From: Planctomycetota bacterium
Lineage (GTDB): Bacteria > Planctomycetota > UBA1135 > UBA2386
Direction: 5' to 3'
Assembly: GCA_965228735.1 (NCBI GenBank)
Contig: OZ245838.1
Coordinates: forward strand, 6,336,001-6,400,000
Length of the DNA: 64,000 nt
Below, piece by piece: positions 1 to 9,266 of this stretch. Position 1 is the stretch's first letter, and each line of letters starts with the position of its first letter. Position numbers and translations under genes: made by a program. Under the pieces are notes generated by a model that saw only the letters and a program-made list of their open reading frames with translations, was not told the origin of the DNA and made no database searches.

Positions 1-798
1 GCGTATCCCGATCGCGACGAACGTGAGCTGCTCGACCTCGGCAGCAAGGCCACGGGCAACCTCTTTCAGGTGCCGCTCGACATGGCGCGCCTCACCCGGT
101 TGCTCGCGCGCGGCGGCAGGCTCGAGGACGTGCTCGACTACACGGCTGCCGAAGCGTCGCTCGTGACCGCGGCACCCTACGTCGCGGTAACGGCGCACCT
201 CGGCAGCTGGGAGATGGCCGCCGCCGGCATGGCCAACCGCGCAGGCGAGGCCCACGGCATCGCGAAGGTGTCGAAGAACCCGCTGCTGCAGCAGTGGATC
301 CTCGACAACCGCCGCCGCGCGGGCCTCTTCATCCACCCGCGCCGCGGCGGGGTGCGCGACCTGAAGCGCGCGCTGCAACGCGGCGCCGTCGGTCTCCAGG
401 TCGTCGATCAGAACCAGCGCCTGCGCGGCGTGTTCGCGCCGTTCTTCGGCAAGGTCGCGAGCTGCGAACGCGCGGCCGTGACGCTGTGCCTGCGCAACGG
501 CTACCCGTTGATCGTCGGCGGCGCGCTGCGCGTCGACGGCCGCTTCCGGTTCCGCCTCGTGCTGCTGCCGCCGATCGTCTTCGAGTCGACGGGCAACAAG
601 GCGAAAGACCTCTACGACGGCGTCTGCGCCGTGAACGAGCGGCTCGAGCAGCTGATCCGCATGGCGCCCGAGCAGTACCTGTGGATCCACGATCGCTATC
701 GCAAGCAGCCGCCCGCGGGCTGGGTGCCCGGCGCCGACTTCGAGGAGGGCGACGGCGAAGAGGGCGACGGCGAACCGGCGGAAGCGAACGCGTCATGA
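1..798 (+). CDS. Lipid A late acyltransferase (LpxL/HtrB family), 5'-truncated by window edge
   Basis: Frame is open from base 1 (AYPDRDE...). Motifs AHLGSWE, VVDQ, PFFG and PEQYLWIHDRY are typical of the family. Confidence 0.85.
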   Translation, partial: AYPDRDERELLDLGSKATGNLFQVPLDMARLTRLLARGGRLEDVLDYTAAEASLVTAAPYVAVTAHLGSWEMAAAGMANRAGEAHGIAKVSKNPLLQQWILDNRRRAGLFIHPRRGGVRDLKRALQRGAVGLQVVDQNQRLRGVFAPFFGKVASCERAAVTLCLRNGYPLIVGGALRVDGRFRFRLVLLPPIVFESTGNKAKDLYDGVCAVNERLEQLIRMAPEQYLWIHDRYRKQPPAGWVPGADFEEGDGEEGDGEPAEANAS

Positions 799-858
799 GC
801 GACGCGTCTTGCTGGCTCTCGGGCTCTGCAAGAACGGGCCGCCGGTGCCCCCGGCCAG

Positions 859-1059
859 TCACGCGCCGGAGCCGTATTGCGCCACGAAGGCCTCGAATCG
901 TTGCTTCAGGTCCAGGTCGCGGTGATATCCGCGCTCGTGGATGAGTCGCACGAGGGCGCCGGCTCGCGCGAGGTCCGCAACGGAAGCAACTCGAATGAGC
1001 GCCTGCAGGTCGGCGCGGTCGTTCGGCCGGATGTCAACAATTCTGCGTGTGCACGCGAG
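859..1059 (-). pseudogene. C-terminal fragment of a nucleotidyltransferase toxin (AbiEii/DUF1814, MenT2/Rv0836c-like)
   Basis: Minus-strand reading ...DIRPNDRADLQALIRVASVADLARAGALVRLIHERGYHRDLDLKQRFEAFVAQYGSGA*. An in-frame TAA lies just upstream and there is no start. The resemblance is recalled from memory, not searched. Confidence 0.5.
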
Positions 1060-1129
1060 TTACGGGGGCGTTTCGACGGATGGTGTGCCACTTGGGGTGG
1101 GCGCAGATCCGGGATGGCTCCGCCCCCGA

Positions 1130-1157
1130 TTGACAGTGTGCGACAATGTCATACAAC
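1130..1157 (+). promoter_or_regulatory. Putative sigma70 promoter and operator of the parDE pair
   Basis: TTGACA at 1130-1135 and TACAAC at 1152-1157. Overlapping inverted repeats TGACA...TGTCA (1131-1151) and GACA-A-TGTC (1142-1150). Confidence 0.5.
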
Positions 1158-1170
1158 GGCCTCGCGTACT

Positions 1171-1464
1171 ATGGCCAAGCGAGAGAACATCAGCGTGTCC
1201 TTCACCTCCAAGCAGGCCGACTTCCTGGCCGAATGCGTCGCGTCCGGCCGCTACCAAACCGTCAGCGAGGTCGTGCGCGAAGGGCTGCGGCTGCTCGAGG
1301 ACCAGCAGCGGCTGCGGGATGCCGAGGTCGAGCGCGCCCGGGCGTTGATCCGAGAGGGTGCCGAACAACTCGATCGTGGTGAGACGGTCGACGCGGACAC
1401 GTTCTTCGCGGACTGGGATCGCGAGCTCGCGGCCCTGGAGGCGCGACGAACGGACGATTCATGA
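1171..1464 (+). CDS. parD: Type II antitoxin, ParD family (ribbon-helix-helix)
   Basis: MAKRENISVSFT...VASGRYQTVSEVVREGLRLLE signature. ATGA overlap with the toxin. True start is the ATG at 1171. Confidence 0.88.
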   Translation: MAKRENISVSFTSKQADFLAECVASGRYQTVSEVVREGLRLLEDQQRLRDAEVERARALIREGAEQLDRGETVDADTFFADWDRELAALEARRTDDS

Positions 1465-1784
1465 GTCGGATCCAGCTCTCGCGCGCGACCGAGCGTGACC
1501 GCCGGGACATCATGGATTTCACGATCGCGCGCTTCGGACCGAGCCAGGCCCGGCGCGTTCGTGATGCGCTCGAGCAGACGCTTCGCCGACTGCTCGAATC
1601 ACCAGGCCTCGGGCGCACCAATCCGGAGCTGGACCCGCCGGGCCACACGCTCCGCTACTACGTCCTGTTGCGGACGTTCGTGATCGTCTACGAATCCGTT
1701 CCCGATGGGATCCGCGTCGCCCGCTTGCTGCACGGCGCGCGCGACGTTGCGAGGGAACTCGGTGGTGACGTCGGGGATGAGTAG
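1461..1784 (+). CDS. parE: Type II toxin, ParE/RelE family
   Basis: 107 aa: LSRATERD...FG..QA...PGLGR...VIVY...IRVARLLHGARD. Confidence 0.88.
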   Translation: MSRIQLSRATERDRRDIMDFTIARFGPSQARRVRDALEQTLRRLLESPGLGRTNPELDPPGHTLRYYVLLRTFVIVYESVPDGIRVARLLHGARDVARELGGDVGDE

Positions 1785-1902
1785 ACGTCCCGGCGCGCAG
1801 CGGTTGCAGTCCGAGTCCCGCGCAGAGTCAGCCACGCCGAGAGGGGCCGTAAGCAACAGCAGACGAGTGCGAATCGCCGCACTGCAGAGTCCAGGGCTGG
1901 AT

Positions 1903-1979
1903 TGGCACGCCCGGCAGGATTCGAACCTGCGACCATCGGCTTAGAAGGCCGGTGCTCTATCCAGCTGAGCTACGGGCGC
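1903..1979 (-). tRNA. tRNA-Arg (anticodon TCT)
   Basis: Reverse complement GCGCCCGTAGCTCAGCTGGATAGAGCACCGGCCTTCTAAGCCGATGGTCGCAGGTTCGAATCCTGCCGGGCGTGCCA: 77 nt cloverleaf, TTCGAAT T-loop, encoded CCA. Confidence 0.97.
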
Positions 1980-2135
1980 CCGCCGGGAGTCTAGCGCGAT
2001 CGATCTGCCCGTGACATGGTCACGATCGAGCGTTCTCACGCGCACCGCCGTGCCGCGCGACGCTTCGCGGTATCGTGTACGGACTACCTATCGTGCCCGT
2101 TCGCCGGGCAACCCCCGTCACCACGAACTCACACC

Positions 2136-3119
2136 ATGCGCGCTACCACCACCGCAACCGCCGTTCTCTTCACTGTCACCATCGCCACCGCCCAGGCCCA
2201 GATCCAGGCGGCGTTCGACCCCTACGGCGAGTCGTGCAACGGCACGAGCGAGTCGGCGTGCCTCACGCAGAACGACGTGGGTCCAAGTCTGTCCGTCGGG
2301 TCGTTGCCCAACGAGTATGCCTACCCCGTCGTGAACACGACGGGCAACCCGATCCAGGTCGTCGGGTTCGAGGTCTTCACGGTGACGAACACCAACCCGG
2401 TCGAGACCGTCAACACGGCGGTCCACCGCGACGCCTCCGGGGCGGGCGCGGTGACGCATACCGCGCCGGACTTCACGGCCGCCGCCGTCGGCACGATCAC
2501 GGTCACCAACGCGCAGGCGTTCTATGCGACGACGGTGTATCCGCCGCTGACGATCGCGCCGGGCGAAGCGTTCTGGATCGCGCACGACTGCTTCAGCATC
2601 GTCTCACCCGCGGAGAACCTCGGTGGTGTCGCCGGGCCGGCCACGGTGCACTGGCGCCGGCCGAGCTACAACGGCAACGCCTGGACGACCTCGTCGTCCG
2701 TGACGAATCCGATCTTCAAGATCCGTTGCCTCGCGAGCAACGTGCCCGCCCCGGGTCTCACGGCGTCGTCGTTGCCCCAGCTCGGCGGCAACTTCGTGCT
2801 GGACGTGGTGGGCGGCGCGCCGAGCCTGTTCGCGTTCGTGATCTACTCGTTCGACAACACCCAGGTGTTCGGGTTGCCGACGCCGGTCGATCTCGCCTTG
2901 TTCAATGCGCCCGGGTGCTTCGGCTACGTGTCGCACGACGTCACCATCACGCTGCAACTCGACACGATGGGCCATGGTTCGACCGCGCCGTTCGCGGTTC
3001 CGAACAACCCGCTGTTCGACGGCCTCGTCTGGTACAACCAGGCCGCGGTCATTGCCCCTGGCGTCAATCCGTTGAGCATGCTCGCGAGCAACGCGGGGCA
3101 GGCCACCGTCGGGATGTGA
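2136..3119 (+). CDS. Secreted protein of unknown function with the shared C-terminal domain
   Basis: Signal peptide MRATTT...ATAQAQ. Collinear with the C-terminal third of the S8 protease at 52404-55220. Confidence 0.75.
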   Translation: MRATTTATAVLFTVTIATAQAQIQAAFDPYGESCNGTSESACLTQNDVGPSLSVGSLPNEYAYPVVNTTGNPIQVVGFEVFTVTNTNPVETVNTAVHRDASGAGAVTHTAPDFTAAAVGTITVTNAQAFYATTVYPPLTIAPGEAFWIAHDCFSIVSPAENLGGVAGPATVHWRRPSYNGNAWTTSSSVTNPIFKIRCLASNVPAPGLTASSLPQLGGNFVLDVVGGAPSLFAFVIYSFDNTQVFGLPTPVDLALFNAPGCFGYVSHDVTITLQLDTMGHGSTAPFAVPNNPLFDGLVWYNQAAVIAPGVNPLSMLASNAGQATVGM

Positions 3120-3201
3120 CGCGGTCTCGAACCCGCGGCCGCATCGGGGGCTCGCCGAGCCTCCGGAGAGGTCGGCATGGGGTACACTTCGGGGTCTGCT
3201 C

Positions 3202-3879
3202 ATGCCCCGTTCCGACTCGAGTGCCCCGCATCGCGACCCGACGTCCTGGGGGCAGCTGATCGACAGCATCGACTCGGCGAACGTGTTCGTGCTGATCGCC
3301 GGTTGGCTCGGGCCGAAGGCGCGGCTGTCGGTCACGGTGGAGGACCTGTGGCAGGAGACCCTCTGGCTCGCCTGGCGCGACCGACAGCAGCACGAATGGG
3401 TCAACCTCCGCAAGTACCGGGCGTGGTTGCTCGGGATCGCGAAGCACCGAATCCGGGAGGTCGTGCGCAACCTCGGCCGGCAGAAGCGCGGGGGCGGCGT
3501 GCGGACGGATTCGCTGTCCGCGTTCGGCGGTGCGGACACGGCCGCTTCCTACCTGCCGCCGCAGTCGACGACGCCGAGTCGCGTCGCGTCCAACATGGAG
3601 CGGGCACGATCGCTCGAACAGGCGCTCGAGGCGCTCGACGAACCGTTGCGCGCGGTCGTGCGGTTGCGGCTGTTCGAGGAGGTGTCGTCGCAAGAGGCGG
3701 CTGACCGGCTCGCGATACCGCTGTCGACGGCGAAGGAGCGGTTCGTGCGCGGGACCAAGCGCTATCGGCTGGAGCTCGAGCGGTTGCTCGGCCGCGGCGG
3801 TGGCGACGGGGATCCGGACGACGGGGATGCCGACGACGGCGGCGCGTCGGCGACGACGACGCCGGGTGGGGCGCCGTGA
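3202..3879 (+). CDS. ECF sigma-70 factor (kinase-associated)
   Basis: EDLWQET...AWLLGIAKH region 2 and region 4 HTH (SSQEAADRLAIPLSTAKERF). GTGA overlap with the kinase. Confidence 0.85.
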   Translation: MPRSDSSAPHRDPTSWGQLIDSIDSANVFVLIAGWLGPKARLSVTVEDLWQETLWLAWRDRQQHEWVNLRKYRAWLLGIAKHRIREVVRNLGRQKRGGGVRTDSLSAFGGADTAASYLPPQSTTPSRVASNMERARSLEQALEALDEPLRAVVRLRLFEEVSSQEAADRLAIPLSTAKERFVRGTKRYRLELERLLGRGGGDGDPDDGDADDGGASATTTPGGAP

Positions 3880-6800
3880 CATCCGCGTCGCGTGACGATG
3901 ATCCCGCGTTCGCCGACCTGCTCGACGAACTGCTCGCGGCGTTGCTCGACGGCGAGGAGCCGGATCTCGTGAGCGTTGCCGAGCGCCACCCGGAGGCCCG
4001 CGAGCGGGTCGACGAGGCCTGGCGGCTGGCGTGTGACGTCGCGGGGCGGCGAGTGACGCCGCGACCGGTGCTCGGCGGCTACGAGGTCGTGCGGGAACTC
4101 GGGCGCGGCGGCATGGGATCGGTCTACCTCGCCAAGAACGAGCAGCTCGGCCGCGAGGTCGCCATCAAGGTGCTGCCGCACTCGTTCGGTCTGTCCGCAG
4201 CCAGCCGGCAGCGCTTCCTCGCCGAGGCGCGCGCGCTCGCGCAGGTGCACCACGAGAACATCGTCGGCATTCATCGCATCGTCGACGATGGTGAGCTGCT
4301 CGCGTTCGAGATGGAGTATGTCGATGGCCCGAGCCTGCAGACGCTCCTGTCGCACCTGCGCGCCGTGCGGGAGCGCACCGGCACCATGCCGACGCTGCGG
4401 GACGTCGCCGAACTGTTGCAGCTCGACGAGCATGCGCTCGGGGCTCGCAGCCTGACGCAGTTCTTCGTGCGGATCGGGCTCGCGGTCGCACGGGCGCTCG
4501 GCGCGGTGCACGACCGTGGGTTCGTGCATCGGGATGTCAAGCCGGCCAACATCCTGCTGCGGTGCGACGGCCAGCCCGTCCTGGCCGACTTCGGCCTCGT
4601 GCGCGACACCTCGCTGCAGCGCACGAGCCGGACCGGTTTCGCGGGGACGCCCGTCTACTCGTCTCCCGAGCAGATGCGTGGGCATTCGCCCGTCGGTTCG
4701 GCGACCGACGTCTACGCCCTCGCGGTGACGCTGTACGAATGCCTGACGCTGACGCCGCCGTTCGCGGGGCGCACGACGACGGACCTGTTGCGCCGGATCG
4801 AGGCTGGGCGGGTGCAGCCGTTGCGGCGACTCGCGCCCGATGCGCCGCGCGACCTCGAGACGATCGTCACGCGGGCGATGGAGCTGGAGCCGCACAACCG
4901 GTATGGCAGCGGTGGCGAACTGGCCGACGATCTCGAGCGGTTGCTCGAGCTGCGGCCGATTCGAGCGCGGCCCGTCGGGCTCGGTCGCCGACTCGGCAAG
5001 TTCTCGCGCCGCAACCGTGTCGCCCTGCTCGCCGGTTGTGCGGGTGCGCTCCTGGTGCTGCTGCTCGTCTGGCCGTTGTTCGCCCACGTGCAGGCCGCCG
5101 CCAGAGCCCAGGACGCGGCGGCGGCGCACGTTCAAAGCGCCCGCCAGCAGCTGCTGGCGCCGGCCTGTCGGGCGTTCGCTGCGGGTCGAACACGATCGTT
5201 CGCGGCGCGCGCTGTCGATCCGTCGGCGGATCCGCTGCAGTCGGCGGTTGCCGACTACGAACGCGCGCTCGCGCTGCAGCCGGCGAATGGCGCGGCGCGC
5301 GCCGAACTCGCGGTCGTGCGGATGGCGCTGTGGCAGCGCGACCTCACCGTGCAGAGTCGTGAGGGGCTCGCGGCGGCGATCGCAACGGCCGAATACGCGA
5401 CGCTCACGCGCGCGCTGCCGCCGCTCGTGCGCGAAGTCGCTCGCGGCATCGCGAGTGGAGCGGCGTTGCCGCCCGACCTGAGTGCGCGGCTGACGCGGGA
5501 CTCCGAGCGCGCGGCGCTCGGGTTGCTCGGCTACCTGCTCGGGGAACCCCGCCTGGTCGAGGTCGCCTGGGGAACGGCGGGCGTGGATGTCGGGAATGCC
5601 AGTCTGCGGGATGCGATCCAGGGTCTGCAGCTCCTGGCCGATGGCGACTCCGAGGCTGCATTCGCGCGGCTGCGCGCGGCCCATCGGTCGTTCCCCGATG
5701 TCGGCCTGGAGCTCGAACTCGCCGAGGCCGCGCTCGCGATGGGCGAGGTGACGCGAGCCGAACAGTGGTTCGGCCGCACGGCCGATTCCGGCGCCCGCGA
5801 TCCGCGGCGGCTGCGCGTGCGGGCGGACCTGCTCGCGGCGCGTGGTGACGATGAAGCGGCCGCCGCGCTGTACGGCGAGCTCGCGGAGGACTTCGTTCAT
5901 GATCCGACGCCGTTCTTCCGGCTCGCGCAGCTCGCCGCGCGCGCCGGCCGGCTCGAAGCCGCGGCGGCGCAACTCGAGGCGATCCTCGCCGCGTGGCCCG
6001 ACGAGCCGCGCTTTCGGCTGGCGCGCGCGCGGATCGCGCTGCAGCAGCGCGACAGCGCGCGCTACCTCTGGCAGGTGCTGGCCGTCCTGCGGCTCGATCC
6101 CGCGCGCCTGACCGCCGGTGGCGTCGCCCGGCGGCGCGAGATCCTGCGTATCGGCGGCCTGCTGCGGTTGCTCGGTGCCGACCTCGATCGGGCGGGCGGC
6201 CGGGTCGGAACCACGTTCCTCGGCGGCGAACAGCCCCTGCGCGCGCTGCTACCGAGCGAGCGGGTCGACCGACTCGAAGATCTCCTGCCGCACCTGGCCA
6301 TCGTGCTGGACTCGATGCCGGTCAGGATTCGCGGCGCGGGCATCGATCCCCTCACCCGTCGGTTGTTCGGCGAGTTGCCGTTGGCACTGGCGAGGCTGCC
6401 GGCCACCGCCGCCTGGCTCGGACCGGCACGGCGCTGGGCGTGCGAGCTGATGCCGACGGCCTTGTGGGCGGCCTATCCGACGCTCCAGCAGCTGCATCGG
6501 CAGCTGATCCTCACGTTGCCGGGTTCGGGCTGGAACTCCGTCGATCTGGTCGCGGTCGCGCCGCCGGTCGCGCTGCACCCCGTCCACGAGTTCGGCTCCG
6601 ACCTGCGCGTGGGCGCGGACTGGAACGGCGACGGCACGCCGGAGGTGCTCGTCGGCTGTCAGGCGAAGGACCCGCGATCGGCGCCGGGCCACGCGTTCGT
6701 CGTCGACGGACGGACGGCTGCCGTTCTCGCGTCGGTGGAACGACCGGCCGGCGACCACCTCTTCGGGTACGCCGTGCAGCTGCTCGGCGATGTCGATGGT

Positions 6801-7718
6801 GACGATGTCTCGGACTGGTGCGTCGGCGCTCCGGGTGGCGTCGCCGACGCGCGCGACGGCTTCGTCGAACTGCTGTCGGGCCGGGATCAGACCGTGATCG
6901 GTCGCGTGCGAGAGCCCGCCGTCGCTTTCGGAGTCGCGCTCGCGGCACTCGGCGATGTCGACGGTGACGGTGTGCCGGACTTCGCGGTCGGGGTGCCCCC
7001 GATCGTGCAGAACGCGACGCCTCAGGGCCACGTCTCGATCTACTCGGGGCGCACGCGGGAACGGCTGCGCGAGCTGCGGAACGACATCCCGGGCGTCTGG
7101 TTCGGGGCCTCCCTGGCAGCGGTCGGCGACGTCGATGACGACGGCTGCGTCGATCTGCTCGTCGGTGGCAACTATGGCGGCGCAGCAGGCCTCGTCCGGC
7201 TGTACTCGGGCCGCGCCGGCGTGCCGCTGCACGAGTGGCGCGACGCCTCGACGGTCAGCGGGTTCGGTGCGTTCGTGTACGGGTTCGGAGACCTGGACGG
7301 CGACGATGTCGGCGACATCGGCGTCGCGTCGGTCAGTGTAGACGGCCATCTGGCCGATCGCCTCGCCGTGTTCTCGGGCGCGGACGGGCGGACGCTCAAT
7401 GTCTTCGAATCCGGTCGACCGGGCTCACGTCTCGGGGTCGCTGCCGTGCGCTATGGCTGTGGCCTCGGGCCTCCGGTGCTCGCGATCGGAGCGCCGCTGG
7501 GTGGGAACGCGCAGACCGGTCTCGTCGAGCTGTGGTCGATCGACGGCCGGCCGCTGTCGTCGCTGCTCGGCGCCGCCCCGGCCGGGTTCTTCGGTGGTCG
7601 CCTGGTCTCCGTCGGCGACACGAACGGCGACGGTCGCGACGAGCTGTTCGTCAGCCGGGGGCGGGGCAACGGCGGGGTCGACCGTGTCGACTCGCGGAGC
7701 CTCACGATCTCCCGGTAG
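3876..7718 (+). CDS. Ser/Thr protein kinase with TM helix, TPR-like region and FG-GAP repeat propeller
   Basis: GRGGMG, VAIK, HRDVKPAN, DFG, GTPVYSSPEQ. TM LLAGCAGALLVLLLVWPLF. Six (G/A)DxxGDxxxD-type FG-GAP motifs. Confidence 0.92.
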   Translation: MTSASRDDDPAFADLLDELLAALLDGEEPDLVSVAERHPEARERVDEAWRLACDVAGRRVTPRPVLGGYEVVRELGRGGMGSVYLAKNEQLGREVAIKVLPHSFGLSAASRQRFLAEARALAQVHHENIVGIHRIVDDGELLAFEMEYVDGPSLQTLLSHLRAVRERTGTMPTLRDVAELLQLDEHALGARSLTQFFVRIGLAVARALGAVHDRGFVHRDVKPANILLRCDGQPVLADFGLVRDTSLQRTSRTGFAGTPVYSSPEQMRGHSPVGSATDVYALAVTLYECLTLTPPFAGRTTTDLLRRIEAGRVQPLRRLAPDAPRDLETIVTRAMELEPHNRYGSGGELADDLERLLELRPIRARPVGLGRRLGKFSRRNRVALLAGCAGALLVLLLVWPLFAHVQAAARAQDAAAAHVQSARQQLLAPACRAFAAGRTRSFAARAVDPSADPLQSAVADYERALALQPANGAARAELAVVRMALWQRDLTVQSREGLAAAIATAEYATLTRALPPLVREVARGIASGAALPPDLSARLTRDSERAALGLLGYLLGEPRLVEVAWGTAGVDVGNASLRDAIQGLQLLADGDSEAAFARLRAAHRSFPDVGLELELAEAALAMGEVTRAEQWFGRTADSGARDPRRLRVRADLLAARGDDEAAAALYGELAEDFVHDPTPFFRLAQLAARAGRLEAAAAQLEAILAAWPDEPRFRLARARIALQQRDSARYLWQVLAVLRLDPARLTAGGVARRREILRIGGLLRLLGADLDRAGGRVGTTFLGGEQPLRALLPSERVDRLEDLLPHLAIVLDSMPVRIRGAGIDPLTRRLFGELPLALARLPATAAWLGPARRWACELMPTALWAAYPTLQQLHRQLILTLPGSGWNSVDLVAVAPPVALHPVHEFGSDLRVGADWNGDGTPEVLVGCQAKDPRSAPGHAFVVDGRTAAVLASVERPAGDHLFGYAVQLLGDVDGDDVSDWCVGAPGGVADARDGFVELLSGRDQTVIGRVREPAVAFGVALAALGDVDGDGVPDFAVGVPPIVQNATPQGHVSIYSGRTRERLRELRNDIPGVWFGASLAAVGDVDDDGCVDLLVGGNYGGAAGLVRLYSGRAGVPLHEWRDASTVSGFGAFVYGFGDLDGDDVGDIGVASVSVDGHLADRLAVFSGADGRTLNVFESGRPGSRLGVAAVRYGCGLGPPVLAIGAPLGGNAQTGLVELWSIDGRPLSSLLGAAPAGFFGGRLVSVGDTNGDGRDELFVSRGRGNGGVDRVDSRSLTISR

Positions 7719-7848
7719 GGCGGCCGCTCTCGCCGGCCCGGGATGCCCCGTGGCCCGGGCGTGACCGGGCCGCGGGAAAATGTGAGATGGACTTGGCCAG
7801 GTCCGGGGAAACGGCACCTCAGCGGCTCCGAAACCCTGGAGTCCCTGA

Positions 7849-9264
7849 ATGACCGACCACCGATTCTCCGTTCGATTCTCGACGTTCGCTCTCGCCCTCG
7901 CGGCGCCCCTTGCCGCCCAGTGGGGTGAGCAGACCCCGGCCAGCGCGCCGTCCGCGCGCTCGGGTCACGGCATGTGCTTCGACGGCAGTCAGGCGCTGCT
8001 CGTTGGCGGCTCCGCCGGCTTCTCGACCAGCAACGAACTCTGGTCCTACGACGGTGCCAACTGGTCGGCCCTCGCCGCGTTGCCGAACGCTGGCGGCGTG
8101 ACCGGTGTCGAGCTGGTCTACGACTCCCTGCGCGGTGTCGCGGTGCTCTACGGCGGTCTCAACACCTCGTTCTTCGGCGGCCCGTCGATCGACGAGACCT
8201 GGGAGTTCGACGGGGTCAACTGGACGCAGAACCTCACCGCGACGACGACGCCCGGCGGCCTCGGCATCTACGGCGCCTGCTTCGACTCGACGCGGAACGT
8301 GATGGTCCTCTACGGCGGCAGCGCCGACTCGTTCTTCCCGATCGCCTCCGCGGCGCACTGGGAGTACGACGGCACGAGCTGGACCCAGGTCAGCGCCGCC
8401 GCGACGCCGGGCCCGCTCGAGCGCCCCGCGATGTGCTACCACGCCGGCGGCGGCGTGACCGTGATGTTCGGCGGCATCGACCCGCAGACCGGCGGGGTCG
8501 ACACGACCTGGCTGTACGACGGGGCGACCTGGCAGGCGGCGGGCGTGGCCGGGGCGCGGCCCGTCGAGCGCACGGGCTGCAAGATGGCCTACGACTCCGT
8601 TCGCGAGGTGTGCGTGCTGAGCGGCGGCATGAACCCGATGAACGGCCAGCCGATCGTCGACACCTGGGAGCTCGCGTTCGACGCGGGGACCACGACCTGG
8701 ACCTGGACGCAGGTGCCGACGAGCACGACGCCGCATCGCGACGGCGCGATGACGTTCCTCCCGGGCATCCGGCAGGTCGTCGAGTTCGGCGGCATCGATC
8801 CCGCGACGTTCTCGGATTCGGGCGCGACCTGGCACTACGGTGCGAAGGTCAGCACGTACGGCGCGGGCTGCGCCGGCACGTTCGGGGTCCCGAGCCTGAC
8901 GGCCGCCGACGCCCCGCGCCTCGGATTCGACTACGCCGTTACCCTCGGCAACCTCGATCCGGCCGCGACCATCGCGGCGTTCGTCATCGGTCTGTCGGAT
9001 CAGACGAGCACGTTCGGGGCGCTGCCGTTCGATCTCAGCGGTGCCGGCATGACGGGCTGCTCCCTGCTCGTGAGCAACGATGTCTCGGTGTTCATCGGCA
9101 CGGATCCTTCGGTGCCGGGCACGGCGACGCTGACGACCGCGCTGCCGAGCGACGTCACGTTCCTCGGGCTGCCGTGGTTCCACCAGGGCCTGTCACTCGA
9201 CTTCGCGGCCAACGCAGCCGGGCTGACGATCTCCAACGCCGTGGCGAGCACGGTCGGCAACTGA
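7849..9264 (+). CDS. Secreted Kelch-like beta-propeller protein with the shared C-terminal domain
   Basis: Signal peptide ending APLAAQ. Repeats of the form (L/M)(Y/F)GG...(D/E)TW.(Y/F)DG..W. Confidence 0.85.
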   Translation: MTDHRFSVRFSTFALALAAPLAAQWGEQTPASAPSARSGHGMCFDGSQALLVGGSAGFSTSNELWSYDGANWSALAALPNAGGVTGVELVYDSLRGVAVLYGGLNTSFFGGPSIDETWEFDGVNWTQNLTATTTPGGLGIYGACFDSTRNVMVLYGGSADSFFPIASAAHWEYDGTSWTQVSAAATPGPLERPAMCYHAGGGVTVMFGGIDPQTGGVDTTWLYDGATWQAAGVAGARPVERTGCKMAYDSVREVCVLSGGMNPMNGQPIVDTWELAFDAGTTTWTWTQVPTSTTPHRDGAMTFLPGIRQVVEFGGIDPATFSDSGATWHYGAKVSTYGAGCAGTFGVPSLTAADAPRLGFDYAVTLGNLDPAATIAAFVIGLSDQTSTFGALPFDLSGAGMTGCSLLVSNDVSVFIGTDPSVPGTATLTTALPSDVTFLGLPWFHQGLSLDFAANAAGLTISNAVASTVGN

Positions 9265-9266
9265 TC

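Noticed and set aside
799..1902. Intact integrative element at tRNA-Arg
   Set aside because: No integrase and no duplicate of the tRNA 3' end were found.
7974..9266. N-terminal extension or frameshift fusion of the two Kelch genes
   Set aside because: It is an off-frame overlap. The second gene has its own ATG and signal peptide at 9267.
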